From positions 73,410,001 through 73,474,000 of the forward strand of contig NC_086108.1 in NCBI RefSeq assembly GCF_963921235.1: 64,000 nucleotides of DNA, read 5' to 3'. Shown here one piece after another: positions 11,646 to 24,963 of this stretch. This DNA comes from Mobula hypostoma (lineage: Eukaryota). The notes beneath the pieces are model-generated. The model ran no database searches, was not told where the DNA came from, and saw nothing but the letters and a program-made list of their open reading frames with translations. Position numbers and translations under genes: made by a program. The stretch's first letter is position 1; each line of letters opens with the position of its first letter.

Positions 11646-12699
11646 TTATACATAGAACGTAGCACAGCACAGGAACAGGGGCTTTCTAGTCGCACTGTCT
11701 GTGCCAACACTTCTTTTCTTGTGGTTTAGATTTGCAGCAAACAGTTGTTATTTGATTTTCATTCTGTATGCTAAGGTCTAAAGAGCCACAGTCATCTCTA
11801 TTAGCATATCTAATGAGTGACAATTCAAATAGTTAAAAGAAATGAATAGAATCAATGGAATATGTGAACCATTGAAAAAGTTGTTTAATGTAAGTTTCAA
11901 AAGTGACAGCTATAATTAGCAACAAAACAATGCAATCTAAATAGCATTTCTCCATTTTAAATGCTAACTAAGTAAGTCAAATCAATCATTTTGACAGTGG
12001 GGCATTAAAGTCTTTTGCCCGACAATTTAAGGAGACTGCAATGACCCTATGAGATTAATATACTCTGTTTCTTTTCCCAATGACAATGCCTAGCAATCTC
12101 TAGTCAGTCTCGTCAACTCAGAATGAAACGCTTGGTGATCTACTACATTCAACTTGATTTAAATTTGGTACTATCAGCAAATAAATTACTGAAGTTAAAA
12201 CAGCAACAATTTATTTTCAGATTTGTGAATAAAAATGTAATTAGAAAGTTATTAATGTCTAATCGCATTGCTGGCCATGCCTCTACGTTGCAAGACTGCA
12301 TGGGTAATAATCGCCCCCCCCACTCCCCCTCCCACACACAAGTATCAACCCTTCCCTCCCCTACATACTTCAGCAAAAAGCATCAGCACCTTCCACTCAC
12401 CAGTCCCCAAGAAAGACCATGATCTGCAGTACAACAAAATCTAATCGCTCACCCAACAATTCAACGTAGCTCAGGCTCTCTCTCTCCTTCATAAAGGGAC
12501 AGAGAGGTGTCACACAGAGAGGGGGGAGACAGAAACAAAATACTCACTGATTTACGGTGTTAAAGCCTGCCACGTTGCTTTTTCTCGAGAATCTGTAGCA
12601 AACTCTCCCCCACCAACAAGAGAAAGAGAGGGAGCGAGAGTGATCCAAGTACAGAGGCCTCCGACAGCTGATCCACTGTTCCCGATATTTTGTTTTATC

Positions 12700-14185
12700 C
12701 CGCCTGTGATGCCCTGGGCTGAAACCAGTACTTTTTGTAGGATTTTTTGTTCAAAGGCATTGGTGTTTCCATACCAGACTGTGATGCAGCCATTCAATAT
12801 ATTCTCTACTGCACACCTATAGAAGCTTGTCAAAGTTTTAGATGTCATGCCGTATCTCCACAAACTCATACGGATGTAGAGGCGCTGCTGTGGTTTCTTT
12901 GCAATTGCACTTATATGCTCGGTCCAGGACAGGTCCTTTGAAATAGTGATACCCAGGAATTAAAAATTGCTAACCCTCTCCACCTCTGATCCTCCTGAGG
13001 ACTGGTTGTGGAACTCTGGTTTCCCTCTCCTAAAGTTTATAATCAGTCCCTTGGTCTTGCTGACATTGAGTGAGAGGTTGTTATTATGACACCACTCAGC
13101 CAAATTTTCAGTCTCTCTCCTTTATGCTGTTTCATCACCACCTTTGATTCAACCCACAACAGTGGTGTCATCAGCAAACTTGAATATAGCATTTGGAGCT
13201 GTGCTTAGCCACACAGTCACAAATGGAAAGCAAATAGAGCAGGAGGTTAATCATACAGCCCTGTGGTGCACCTCTGCTGATGGAGATCATGGAAGGAGTG
13301 TCTTTGTCAATTTGAACTGTCTGAGGTCCTCAATTAAGGAAATCTGGGATCAAATTGCACTAAGAGTTATTGAGGTCAAGGTCTTGGAGCTTATTGATCA
13401 GTTTTGAGGAGATGATAGTATTGAATGCTGAGATGTAGTCAATAAAAAGCATCCTGGTGTATGCATCTTCGCTGTCCAGAAGTTGCAGGATTGAGTGAAG
13501 AGCCACTGGGATGGCATCTGCTGTGGTCCCTGTTGCTCCAGTAGACAAACTGGAGCAGATCCATGTCACCTCTCAGGCCAGGGCTGATATGTTTCATCAC
13601 CAGCCTCTCAAGACACTTCATCACTGTGGATGTAAGTGCAACTAGGCGTTGGTTATTGAGGCAGGTCACCATGCTCTTCTTGGGCACTGGTATAATTGAA
13701 GCAGGTGGGTACCATGCTCTGGCAAAGTGAGAGGGTAAAGATCTCAGTGAACACACCGGCCAGTTGGTCAGCACAGGCCTTTAGAACGTGGCTAGGCACC
13801 CTGTTCAGTCCAGATGCTTTCCATGGATTCACCCTCTTAAGGCAGCCTGCACATTAGCTTCAGAGACTGAGGTCATTGGATCATTGGGGGATGTGGGAGC
13901 TTGTGATGTTTCCTTCATGATCTGATGGTCAAAGTAAACACAGAAGGCACTGAGCTCATCTGGAAGCGAACCCCTGCTGTCACCTATATCGCCTGATTTA
14001 ACTTTATCGTATTCACGCCCTGCCACAGCTGTCAAGCATCCCTTGCTGATTCAAGTTTGGTCCAGAATTTCCACTTTGTCCATTTGATGGCTTTCCAGAG
14101 ATCATACCTGCATCTCTTGCAGCTTTCTTGGACTCCAGACTTGAAAGCCCCTGATCTGCCCCTTAAGAGATCATTATGCATGGTA
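12700..14185 (-). mobile_element. Rex1/Babar LINE fragment (RT), degenerate
   Basis: [63 protein letters not shown]. Confidence 0.85.
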
Positions 14186-14830
14186 AGAAAAAGTAAGAAC
14201 TGCAAACTCAAAGCAGTGGTAAATAATTGCAAAAATTATTTGAATCTATTTAAATCTACAAATAAAATAATTTCATTACTGAATTACAGTAAAAATAATT
14301 CTCATCATTAATTTTAGAGTGTAATTTAGTAGTCCAACTATTCACTACTTCATTGCTTTTTCACCTTTCAATGAGATGGATGGCTTGGTGCAGTGATATC
14401 AGCTTCTCAGCATCAGGCTGAATGTCACTCAGATCCCCATGCTCAGTAATTTGCAGTCTGTTTCATTACTTTGAAAGAAGTTGGGTGACTGCACTGAAAC
14501 CACGCTCCATTAAATATGATGTTAGAAAGGCAATAAAGAACATATTGGCCATTTTCCACTGGGCAGGATAGTGTTCAGATATTACTGTCTGCAACTGAAA
14601 GTCTTGATATGATCTTTTGAACCTTGGCTCACTACAAGTCATTGTGTAGTGAGATCAGTTCTTTCTTCATCCTTCCTGTTAATTCCTTATTACAAGTGTT
14701 CAGGAATGGATTTAATACCCAATCTGGAACTTGGATTGAGAGAAGAACCTGACATGTCTTTATTGAGCTCACCCAGTTGGGCACAGTATATTTGAAGATC
14801 ATTTGGTGTTCTTTCTTTGTCTTCCAAGTC

Positions 14831-15285
14831 AGAGGCTCAGAAACCCTGACAAAATGGTGTCAAGAAAACAACCTCTCCCTCAATGTTGCAAAGACAGAGG
14901 AAGTGGTTGTGGACTACAGGAGGAATGGAGACAGGCTCACCCCTATTGACATCAACGGATCTGGGGTTGAGAGGGTGAACAGCTTTAAGTTCCTTGGCAT
15001 AAACATCACCGAGGACTTCATGTGGTCTGTACATAATGGCTGTGTGGTGAAAAAGGCAGAACAGCACCTCTTTCACCCCAGAGAGTTGAAGAAGTTCAGC
15101 AAGAGTCCCCAAGTTCTAAAGACTTCATACAGGGACACAATTGAGGGCATCCTGACTGGCTGCATCACTGCCTGGTATGGGAACTGTACTTCCCTCAATG
15201 GCAGATCTCTGCAGAGAGTGATGCTGACAGCCCAGCGCATCTGTAGATGTGAACTTCCCACTATTCAGGACATTAACAGCAACAG
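14831..15285 (+). mobile_element. Rex1/Babar LINE fragment (post-RT region)
   Basis: WCQENNLSLNVAKTEEVVVDYRR, VERVNSFKFLGINI, ILTGCITAWYGN. Confidence 0.85.
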
Positions 15286-15314
15286 GAGAGGAGAGGAGAG
15301 GGTTTTCCATCTCT

Positions 15315-16180
15315 CGTCAGAGAGGAAGCGATGTTATCACCAATTTGCACAGATTGTGGTCTTCCAGTTAGGAAGCTGAGGATCCAATTGCAGAGGGAGG
15401 TACAGAGGTCCAGGTTCTGTGACTTCTCAATCAGGGTTGCAGGAATGATGATATTAAACGCTGAGCTATAGTCGACGAACAGCATCCTGACAGGTGCTTG
15501 TGTTGACCAGGTGGTCTAAAGCCGTGTGGAGAGCAATTGAGATTGCAAGAGCTGTTGATTTATTGTGGTGATAAGCAAACTGCAGTGGGCTAGGTCCTTG
15601 CTGAGGCATGAGTTCAGTCTAGTTATGACCAACCTTTCATAGCATTTCATCGCTGGAGATGTGAATGCTACTGGGCGATAGTGATTAAGGCAGCTCACAT
15701 TATTCTTCTTAAGCACTGGTATAATTGTTTCCTTTCTGAAGCAAGTGGGAATTTCCACCCAGAGCAGTGAGAGGTTGAAAATGTCCTTAAATTCTCCTGC
15801 CAGCTGGTTGGCACAGGTTTTCACAGCCTTACCAGGTACTCCATCTGGACCTTCCACCTTGCGAGGGTTCACCCTCTTTAAAGACAGCCTAACATCAGCC
15901 TCTGAGACAGAGATCACAGGGTCATTAGGTGCAGCAGGGATTTTTACAGCTGTAGTTGTGTTCTCTCTTTCAAAGTGGGCATGGAAGGCGTTGAGTTCAT
16001 CTGGTAGTGAAGCATCGCTGCCATTCATGCTATTGGGTTTTGCTTTGTAGGAAGTAATGTCTTGCAAACGCTGCCAGAGTTGTCATACATCTGATGTCAC
16101 CTCCAACTTCATTCAAAATTGTCTCTTCACCCTTGAAGTAGCCCTCTGCAAATCATACCTGGTTTTCTGGTACAGGTTTG
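15315..16180 (-). mobile_element. Rex1/Babar LINE fragment (RT N-terminal part)
   Basis: [55 protein letters not shown]. Confidence 0.85.
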
Positions 16181-16189
16181 GGAATGTAC

Positions 16190-17705
16190 AGTAAGTGTTT
16201 ATAGGCACATTCTCAATACAAAGCTCTTGAAATAGCCAACAATTAAGAGCATGGTACTCGATTTTATTTACCACTGTGATAAAAAGTATTTAATGCTTTG
16301 TGCAGCTGGACACTTAAGTATTTTTTTGTGCAACAAGATGTTGTCTGTGAATTACATAGTGAATTGTAAAGATATTAGGTACCAGTATTTTTCAAGAAAG
16401 TAATAACTCCACGGTGGTGTCCTGTCATTGATGGTGCCCAATCTGTTGCACAAGCAAGAACTTTGGTGAGTGGAATGTTTTTCTGTTTGAAAAATTGCTC
16501 AACAACCTGAAAAATCAAATCCCCTTTCAAATATGTTTCTAGTTCCCTTGCCAGTAACAACTTTTGAACCAATCTTTCATCTTTAATGAAGTGAATATAA
16601 CCAAGAGGCAAAGATTCATAGCTTGCCAAAGTTTACTCATCCAACTGCAGAGCAAATTCTGTTGTCCTAAGTACATTGCACAATATGCTTTCCACATTCT
16701 CAGACATTTCCTCTGTTCAATTTTGAACAGAGTTATTGCTGAGCAGAATTGCTTTAACTATTTTGTCTAGTGAATTATACAAAACCATACTCAGAACCTC
16801 CCTTAGTGCTGGCAGAATCTCCAATTCTATGGAGCTTTCCAGATTTAGCGATAAGCAATGACATTTTGTACGAAGCATGCAAACCATCACTGTTTTGTTA
16901 TGAAGTGCTGGCAAACATGTTTTGAATTGTTTTCTGTTTCTGAGAGTTTTCACACAGAGATTGAAAATAAAGGAAGATCTTGTTTTTTTTATCAGAGTGT
17001 ATTTCCTTCAAATGTTTAAGGAACCTGGATGGTTTCATTGCCTCATTTGAAAAACACCTTTTCACACAACAGATACATTGGTTGCTTGGTGCTGGTATAA
17101 ATTGATATTTCAGATACTCCACACTATGCTGTCTACACTTCTGTTTCATTTGGTCTGCTTCTGCTATTTTTGTTATTGATTAATGACTACAGCCAGTTGC
17201 CTATCGTTGAAGTTCAACATCAAGCACTGCAGAAAGCTATGACGTATCACAACTCAAGTAAGACTCAACTCTCTGCCTGAAGATACATAAAGTGGGGTAA
17301 CGATATCTTGGTTAGTCCATGGGAACCGTACTAGCTAACAGTAGTGAACAGCAATAATACGTGGACCGGGCTCAGAAATAACAGTTTCTTCAGTCCAGAT
17401 TTCTCATGAGATGCCAAATACAAAAGAGTCACATTGCTTTTTAATTTGCCTTGCACTCTGAGCAAAGTCTAAGAGAATGGTGGGTTAGTAAGAGGTGAGG
17501 TAATTACGTGATCATTGAATCATTTGTGAGGCATTGAGGATCAAATGATAATAAGTAATTAACTTTTTAAATTAAGCCTGTAATTCCTCAGCTTCCCACC
17601 TTGCTACCAAGCACCCCTCCCCCCACCACCAAATTTATTTTTATCATCCCTTCAAAACTGCCACCACCCCTAGAGGGTCAAAATTGCCAGATTTGGGAAC
17701 CTTTG
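16190..17705 (-). mobile_element. hAT (Buster type) transposase 5' remnant with one TIR
   Basis: KCRQHSVEYLKY, FSNEAMKPSR..HL...H (BED-like), LQLDE, ACATDWAPSMTG (DGAPSM motif), IHYVIHRQHL; end TTTGGGAACCTTTG at 17705. Confidence 0.85.
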
Positions 17706-19149
17706 ATGTAGAATATTGCACTGTAAATATAATCTCATGGGGCCAAACATCCTGCAGATAATGAACCATCTGTTCCCATAATACATACACACTCGTGTGG
17801 CTTTATCTGTTCCAGCACTCTCAACATAGATATCCCATTTCAATATGGCAGGGCCCTATACTGTGACAGGGCTTTATATTATACCCTGGGAATGTTCCCT
17901 CTTCCCTGTTCTGAGAACCGCTCTCCCACCCACACCCAAGCAATTTTTGCCTTTCGTGAAACTCCTATCATCCTCATGGTACCTCCAGCCATATCCACAA
18001 ATCAATGACTCCATATAATCTGCCACAACCTCTGAGCACTCCAGATCTTCTTCCATTCAGATCACTAGAATCACTTCTTCACTCCCAACGCAAACCTTTC
18101 CCTACATCCCAGTTTTCCACCAAACATCCCCAATGCAATGTTCCTCTACCCCCAAATATACCACTGGTTTTCCACACTGACCATCCCAATGCCACCTTGT
18201 ATCACTCCCTCACACTTCCTCACACTTCCTCCTTGATCTCCATTCACCACAACAAAATGAATTACAGAGAAAAGGCCCATGCCCATGTTTATACCATCCA
18301 TAAAGCCTTAACCCTTGCATAGGGTAGTGGGTCCAGGAGCTTCCCACAATATGATTATGACTGCCACCCAACATCTCCTCAATATGCCTTTCATAACTTG
18401 AATATTTTCTAGACCATATAGATTCCTGGAAAATGTGGATAATTTTCATTAAAAAGTATCCACGCATTAAATTTTAATATTTTTATATTTCACAATGTCT
18501 ATGTAAGCCTGGAAAAATCCAATGCATTCAAATCCTGGTGGGTATGTAATAACAGTAATGATATGCCAGAATGTCAAGGTTAAAATCAACCTCGTGCTAA
18601 CAGAAGTATGAGCATGATGTTCGGAGTGGTTTAATCTAATATGGCAGGGGGATAGGAACCAGGACAATAGAGCTGAGGACGAGCTGGCAGGTTTACAAGT
18701 AGATGATGTAATATATAATATGAATGTAAGGAAGGCCAAGCCAATGATTGGGTACAACTGCAGACAGAGCAAAGAGTTAAGTTGTAGCGCAGAGGCAAAA
18801 GTCATAAGGGCAGAGAATGGAGAACTGAAGGTGCTGTATCTAAATGTATCTAAAACATTCAGAATAAGGTGCATGAACTCGTAATGCAATTAGAGATTGG
18901 TCAAGATGATGTTTTGGGCATCATTGAGCCATGGCTGAAAGAAGGTCATAGTTGAGAGTTTAACATCACAGGATATTCATTGTATCAAAAGGACAGGCAG
19001 AAAGGCATAGGTGGTGGTGTGGCTCATTTGGTAAGAGATGGAATTACATCTTTAGAGAGAGGTGATATAGGGTCAGAAAATGTCAAATCTTTGCGGGTGG
19101 AGTTAAGAAACTGCAAGGGTAAAAAAACATGATTATGGGAATCATATTC

Positions 19150-19958
19150 TGTAGGAAACTTTGTCACATGGTGTGAGCAGAATTATCTGCGGCTTAATGT
19201 GAAAAAGACTAAGGAGCTGGTGGTAGACCTGAGGAGAGCTAAGGTACCGGTGACCCCTGTTTCCACCCAAGGGGTCAGTGAGAACATGGTAGAGGATTAC
19301 AAATACCTGGGGATACGAAATGACAATAAACTGGACTAGTCAAAGAACACTGAGGCTGTCTACAAGAAGGGTCAGAGCCATCTCTATTTCCTGAGGAGAC
19401 TGAGGTCCTTTAACATCTGCCGGACGATGCTGAGGATGTTCTACGAGTCTGTGGTGGTCAGTGCTATCATGTTTGCTGTTGTATGCTGGGGCAGCAGGCT
19501 GAGGGTAGCAGACACCAACAGAATCAACAAACTCATTCGTAAGGCCAGTGATGTTGTGGGGATGGAACTGGACTCTCTCACGTTGGTGTCTGAAAAGAGA
19601 ATGCTGTCTAAGTTGCATGCCATCTTGGTCAATGTCTCCCATCCACTACATAATGTACTGAGTGGGCACAGGAGTACATTCAGCCAGAGACTCATTCCTC
19701 CAAGATGCAGCACAGGGCGTCATAGGAAGTCATTCCTGCCTGTGGCCATCAAACTTTACAACTCCTCCCTTGGAGGGTCAGACACCCTGTGCCAATAGGC
19801 TGGTCCTGGACTTATTTCATAATTTACTGGCATAATTTACATATTACTATTTAACTATTTATGGTTCTATTACTATTTATTATTTATGGTGCAACTGTAA
19901 TGAAAACCAATTTCCCCCTGGGATCAATGAAGTATGACTATGACTATGACTATGACTA
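19150..19958 (+). mobile_element. 5'-truncated Rex1/Babar LINE nested in CR1
   Basis: WCEQNYLRLNVKKTKELVVD, YKYLG, LRRLRSFN, HPLH...RKSFLPVAIKLYN; (TATGAC)n tail. Confidence 0.85.
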
Positions 19959-19960
19959 TA

Positions 19961-20772
19961 CAGGTCCACAATCCCTTATCAGAAATCCTTGGGGCCAGTT
20001 GCATTTCGGAATTCAGAATTTTTCGGATTTCAGACCCCCCCCCCATACCAAAAAGCACGTATGCTCAAGTCCCTTATTTAACGTGGCTCAGTGCGGTGGA
20101 CTTTAGGACCCAGCGGCACACCAAACCTACGCACATCCTCCCGTATATTTTAAGTCATCTCTAGATTACTTATAATACCTAATACAATGTAAATGCTATG
20201 TAAGTAGTTGTTATACTGTATTGTTTAGGGAATAATGATGAGAAAAAAATTTATTTCCAACAAAAACATTCAATAAATCATAAAAATATACAGCTTCAAA
20301 TGAACCAAATCAAACATGGTAACTGACTTATTGGAATAAATGTAAAACGTCACAGTCACTATAAAACTTCAGTAACTGGCCTTTCTGTTTATTTAAGTCA
20401 TATACAGTGGTAGTTCCAACACCATACTCTTCAGTAAGACGCCGCACAGACACACCACGATCAAGCTTCTGCAATAACTCCACTTTCTGCGTCACTGATA
20501 ATGATAGATGCTTCCCTTCTCTTTTTCTCATTGTAACCCATAGTGGTATCTGCAGCTCTTTTTGATATTTTCACAGTGAAATTAAACACAAAGTCAACAG
20601 CGAACAGCAAATGCACATGTAACCAGTACAAGCACTGAGTCACAACTGACACCTTGCGGCCTCTGCTAGTGCTGCCACATCACACCTGAGTAACGTCAGC
20701 TGTTGGCAAAAAAAACTTCGGTTTTTGGAGCTTTTTGGATTTCAGAATTTCGGATAAAGCAATGCGCACCTG
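19961..20772 (-). mobile_element. Tigger (pogo, Jerky/Zombi-like) non-autonomous derivative
   Basis: Termini CAGGTCCACAATCCCTTATC / GATAAAGCAATGCGCACCTG with TA flanks; ORF 20328..20531 is a CENP-B/psq-type HTH (LSVTQKVELLQKLDRGVSVRRLTEEYGVGTTTVYDL). Confidence 0.85.
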
Positions 20773-21097
20773 TATAGGCCTCCAAATAGTAGCCAAATGT
20801 GGGATAGAGATTGCAAAGGGAGCTGGAAAGGGCATGTAGTAATTGTAATAACACAATTGTAATGGGGGACTTCAATATGCAAGAGGATTGGGAAAATCAG
20901 GTTGGTGTTGGATTGCAAGAGAGAGAATTTGTTGAATGCCTACAAAATGGCTTTTTTGAGCAGCTTGTGCTCGAGCCTACTTGGGGAAAGGCTGTTTTAG
21001 ATTTACTGCTGTTTAATAACTGAGATCTTATTAAGGAACTTAACATAAAGGAACCCTTAGGAGGCAGTGATCATAATATGATTGAATTCATACTGCA

Positions 21098-21303
21098 TTA
21101 CCTTAAACAGCTGTGATGTTTCTGCTGCTGGACCGTCCAGTCATCAGCTGGGTTCAGAAGTTTCATCCCCTAAACCGGAACATCCTCAGGATGGTGGGAC
21201 AGCAGAAGGTGATCAGTCTTCTACCCCCAGTGGTCAGACATCCAGCTACTATCGTCGCTTCGCAGCCAAAGCCAACTGGACGCTCTCTCTGCTGCTTGGG
21301 CTG
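21098..21303. other. Orphan ~205-bp insertion inside the CR1 endonuclease region
   Basis: CR1 reads ...gaattcatactgca | tttgagaaggag...; the sequence between matches nothing else in the window. Confidence 0.7.
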
Positions 21304-23025
21304 TTTGAGAAGGAGAAGCAGAATTCACATGGGTCAGGATCGCAATGGAATAAAGGGAATTAAAGAGGCATGAGAGACGAGCTTGCCCAGGTGGATTAGA
21401 GGGGAATACTGACAGGGATGACAACAGAGCAGAGGTGGAGGAAGTTTCTGGGAATGGTTCACAAGGTGCAGGATAGAGATGTCCCACAGAAGAAGTTGTT
21501 CTCAAGCGGTAGGGCTCGGCAACCGTGGCTGACGACGGAAGTTAAGGACTGCATAAAAGCCAAGGAAAGGGCAAATAAGGCAGCAAAAGTGAGTGGGAAG
21601 TTGGATGATTAAAGTTAAAGTGCAACAAAAGGGAACTGAAAAAGCTATAAGAAGGGAAAGAATGAAATATGAGGGCAAACTAGCTGATAATATAGAGCAG
21701 GATACTAGAAGGCTTTTTTCTCCATATAAAGAATAAAGGGGAGGTGAGAGTGGATATTGGACCACGGAAGATGATGCTGGTGAGGTAGTAATGGGAGACA
21801 AAGAAATGGCAGATGAACTTAATCAGTACTTTGCTTCAGTCCTCATTGTGGACAACACTAGCAGTGTGCCAGAGGTTCATAAGTGTCAGGGAGCAGGAGT
21901 GAGTGCAATTGCGATTATGTAGGAAAAAGTGCTGGGCAAACTCAAAGGTCTTAGGGTGGATAAGTCAGTTGGACCAGATGGACTACATCCCAGTATCCTG
22001 ATAGAGGTTGCTGAAGAAAGAACAGATGCATTGCTCATAGTCATACAGGAATCACGATTCTGGCATGGTTCCAGAAGACAGGAAAATTGCAAATGACACT
22101 CCACTTTTTAAGAAGGGAGGAAGACAAAAGAGAGGAAATTATAGGCCAGTAAGCCTAACCTCAGTGGTTGGGAAAGTGTTGGAATCCATTATTAAGGATG
22201 AGGTTTCAGAATAGTTGGAGACTAATGATAAAATGAGTCAAAGTCAGCATGGTTTCTATGAAGCAAAATCTTGTATGACAAATCTGTTAGAGTTTTTCAA
22301 GGAAGTAACAAGCAGGGTAGACAAAGGAGAGACAATGGATATCATTAACTTACATTTTCAGAAGGCATTTGATAAGGTGCCTCGCATGAGGCTGCTTAAC
22401 GAGATAAAATCCTATGGTGTTACAGGAAATATACTGGCATGAATAGGGGAATGGCTGACAGGCAGGAGGCAATGGGTGGAAATAAAGGGGGCCTTATCTG
22501 GTTGGCTGCCAGTGACTAGTGGTGTTCCTCAGGGGTCTGTATTGGGACCGCTACTTTTCACATTGTTTGTCAATGACTTAGATTGTGGAACTGATGGCTC
22601 TGTGGCAAAGTTTGTCAATGATACGAAGCTAACCGGGGTGGGGGGATGGGGGGAGTGAGGTTAGCCAGTGCTGAGGAAGCAATGCAATTGGAGCAGGACT
22701 TATGCAAATTGAAAGAATGGGCAAAAAATGTGGCAGTGTTGGAAAATGTATGATAATACAATTTGGTAAAAAGAACAATAGTGCAGACTGTTATCTAAAT
22801 GGGGAGAAAATTCAGACATAAGAGGTGCAAAGGGACTTAGGAGTCTTCGTGCAAGACTCCCAGAAGGTTAATTGACAGGTTGAGTCTGTGGTAAAGAAGG
22901 CAAATGCAATGTTGCCATTTATTTACAGGGGAATAGAATACAAAAAATAGGAGATAATGCTGAGGCTTTAAAAGACACTAGTCAGGCTGCACTTGGAGTA
23001 TTGCCAACAGTTTTGGGACCCATAT

Positions 23026-24578
23026 TAGAATCAGAATCAGAAACAGGTTTATTATCACTGGCATGTGACTTGAAATTTGTTAACCTAGCAGCAGCAGTTC
23101 AATGCAATACATAATGAGAAAAAAAAATAATAAATAATAAATCACTATAATAAATAAACAAGTAAATCAATTATGTATATTGAATAGATTTTAAAAATGT
23201 GCAAAACAGAAATGCTGTATATTTTTTACAAAGTGAGGGAGGGTCCAAAGCTTCAAAGTTCATTTAGGAATTGGATGGCAGAGGGGAAGAAGCTGTTCCT
23301 GAATTGCTGAGTGTGAGCCTTCAGGCTTCTGTACCTCCTACCTGATGGTAACAGTGAAATAAGGGCATGCCCTGGGTGCTGGAGGCCCTTAATGAAGGAC
23401 ACTGTCTTTCTGAGACACCGCTTCCTAAAGATATCTTGGGTACTTTGTAGGCTAGTACCCAAGATGGAGCTGACTAGATTTACAACCCTCTGCAGCTTCT
23501 TTCAGTTCTGTGCAGTAGCCCCTCCAAACAGACAGTGATGCAGCCTGTCAGAATGCTCTCCATGGTACAACTATAGAAGTTTTTGAGCGTATTTGTTGAC
23601 ATGCCAAATCACTTCAAACTCCTAAGAAAGTATAGCCGCTGTCTTGCCTTCTTTATGACTACATCAATATGCTGGGACCAGGTTAGATCCTCAGAGATCT
23701 TGACGCCCAGGAACTTGAAGCTACTCACTCTCTCTACTTCTGATCCGTCTATGAGGATTGGTATGTGTTCCTACATCTTACCCTTCCTGAAGTCCACAGT
23801 CAGCTCTTTTGTCTGACTGATATTGAGTGCCAGGTTGTTGCTGCGGCACCATTCCACTAGTTGGCATATCTCACTCTTGTACGCCCTCTCGTCACCACCT
23901 GAGATCCTACTAACAATGGTTGTATCGTCAGTAAATTTGTAGATGGTGTTTGAGCTATGCCTAGCCACACAGTCATGTGTATACAGAGAGTAGAGCAGTG
24001 GGCTAAGCACACATCCTTGAGGTGTGCCAGTGTTGAGCGTCAGCGAAGAGGATATGTTACCACCAGTCAGCACAGACTGTGGTCTTCCGGTTAGGAAGTC
24101 GATGATCCAATTACAGAGGGAGGTACAGAGGCCCAGGTTCTGCAACTTCTCAATAGAATTGTGGGAATGATGGTATTAAGTGCTGTGCTATAGTCGATGA
24201 ACTGCATCCTAATGTAGGTGTTTGTGTTGTCTAGGTCAGGGGTCCCCAACCTTTAGCACACCACGGACCGGTTTAATATTAACAATATTCTTGTGGACTG
24301 GCCGACTGGTGGGGGGGGTGTTCAAGTTCAACGGTGCATGACAGGGAATGAGGAAGGGTGCAGCTGACTCATATTGTTCCATGTCACCAGATCATATTGT
24401 TTCCGCGCGGCCTGATAGCGCATGTTCGCGGCCCAGTGGTTGGGGACCACTGGTCTAGGTGATTTAAAGAGCCATGGAGTTTGCATCTGCCGTTGACCTA
24501 TTGTGATGATAGGAAAATTACAATGGGTCCAGGTCTTCGCTGAGGCAGGAGTTCAGTCTAGTCATAACAAACCTCAGA
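23026..24578 (-). mobile_element. Rex1/Babar LINE nested in CR1
   Basis: [43 protein letters not shown]; (TTCTGA)n tail at 23026-23042. Confidence 0.85.
24237..24452. mobile_element. hAT Charlie-like MITE (same family as 3848-4664)
   Basis: TIRs CAGGGGTCCCCAACC / GGTTGGGGACCACTG; perfect 8-bp TSD GTCTAGGT (24229-24236, 24453-24460). Confidence 0.92.
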
Positions 24579-24963
24579 ACCATCTCAGAAAGGATGGATT
24601 GTCTTCGGAGACAGTCCAGAGGAGACTCACAAGGATGATTCTGGGAATGAAGGGGTTAACATATGAGGAACATTTGGCAGCTTCAGGCCTGTACTCACTG
24701 GAATTTAGAAGAATGCAGGGGGATCTCATTGAAACCTACCGAATGTTGAAAGGACTAGATAAGTTGGATGTGGAGACGATGTTTCCTCTGGAGGGGGCAT
24801 CCAGAACTAGAGGGCACAACCTCAAAATTGAGGGGCAACCTTTCAGAACAGAGTAAGGAAGAAATTTTTTAGCCAAAGTGTGGTGAATCTGTGAACCTCT
24901 TGGACTTTGCTGGAGGCCACACCTGTGGGTATATTCAAATGGAGAAGTTGATAGTTTCCTGAT

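Noticed and set aside
17870..18330. C-rich tract, possibly a very old Penelope remnant (similar tract at 6340-6680)
   Set aside because: Similarity too faint to call by eye.
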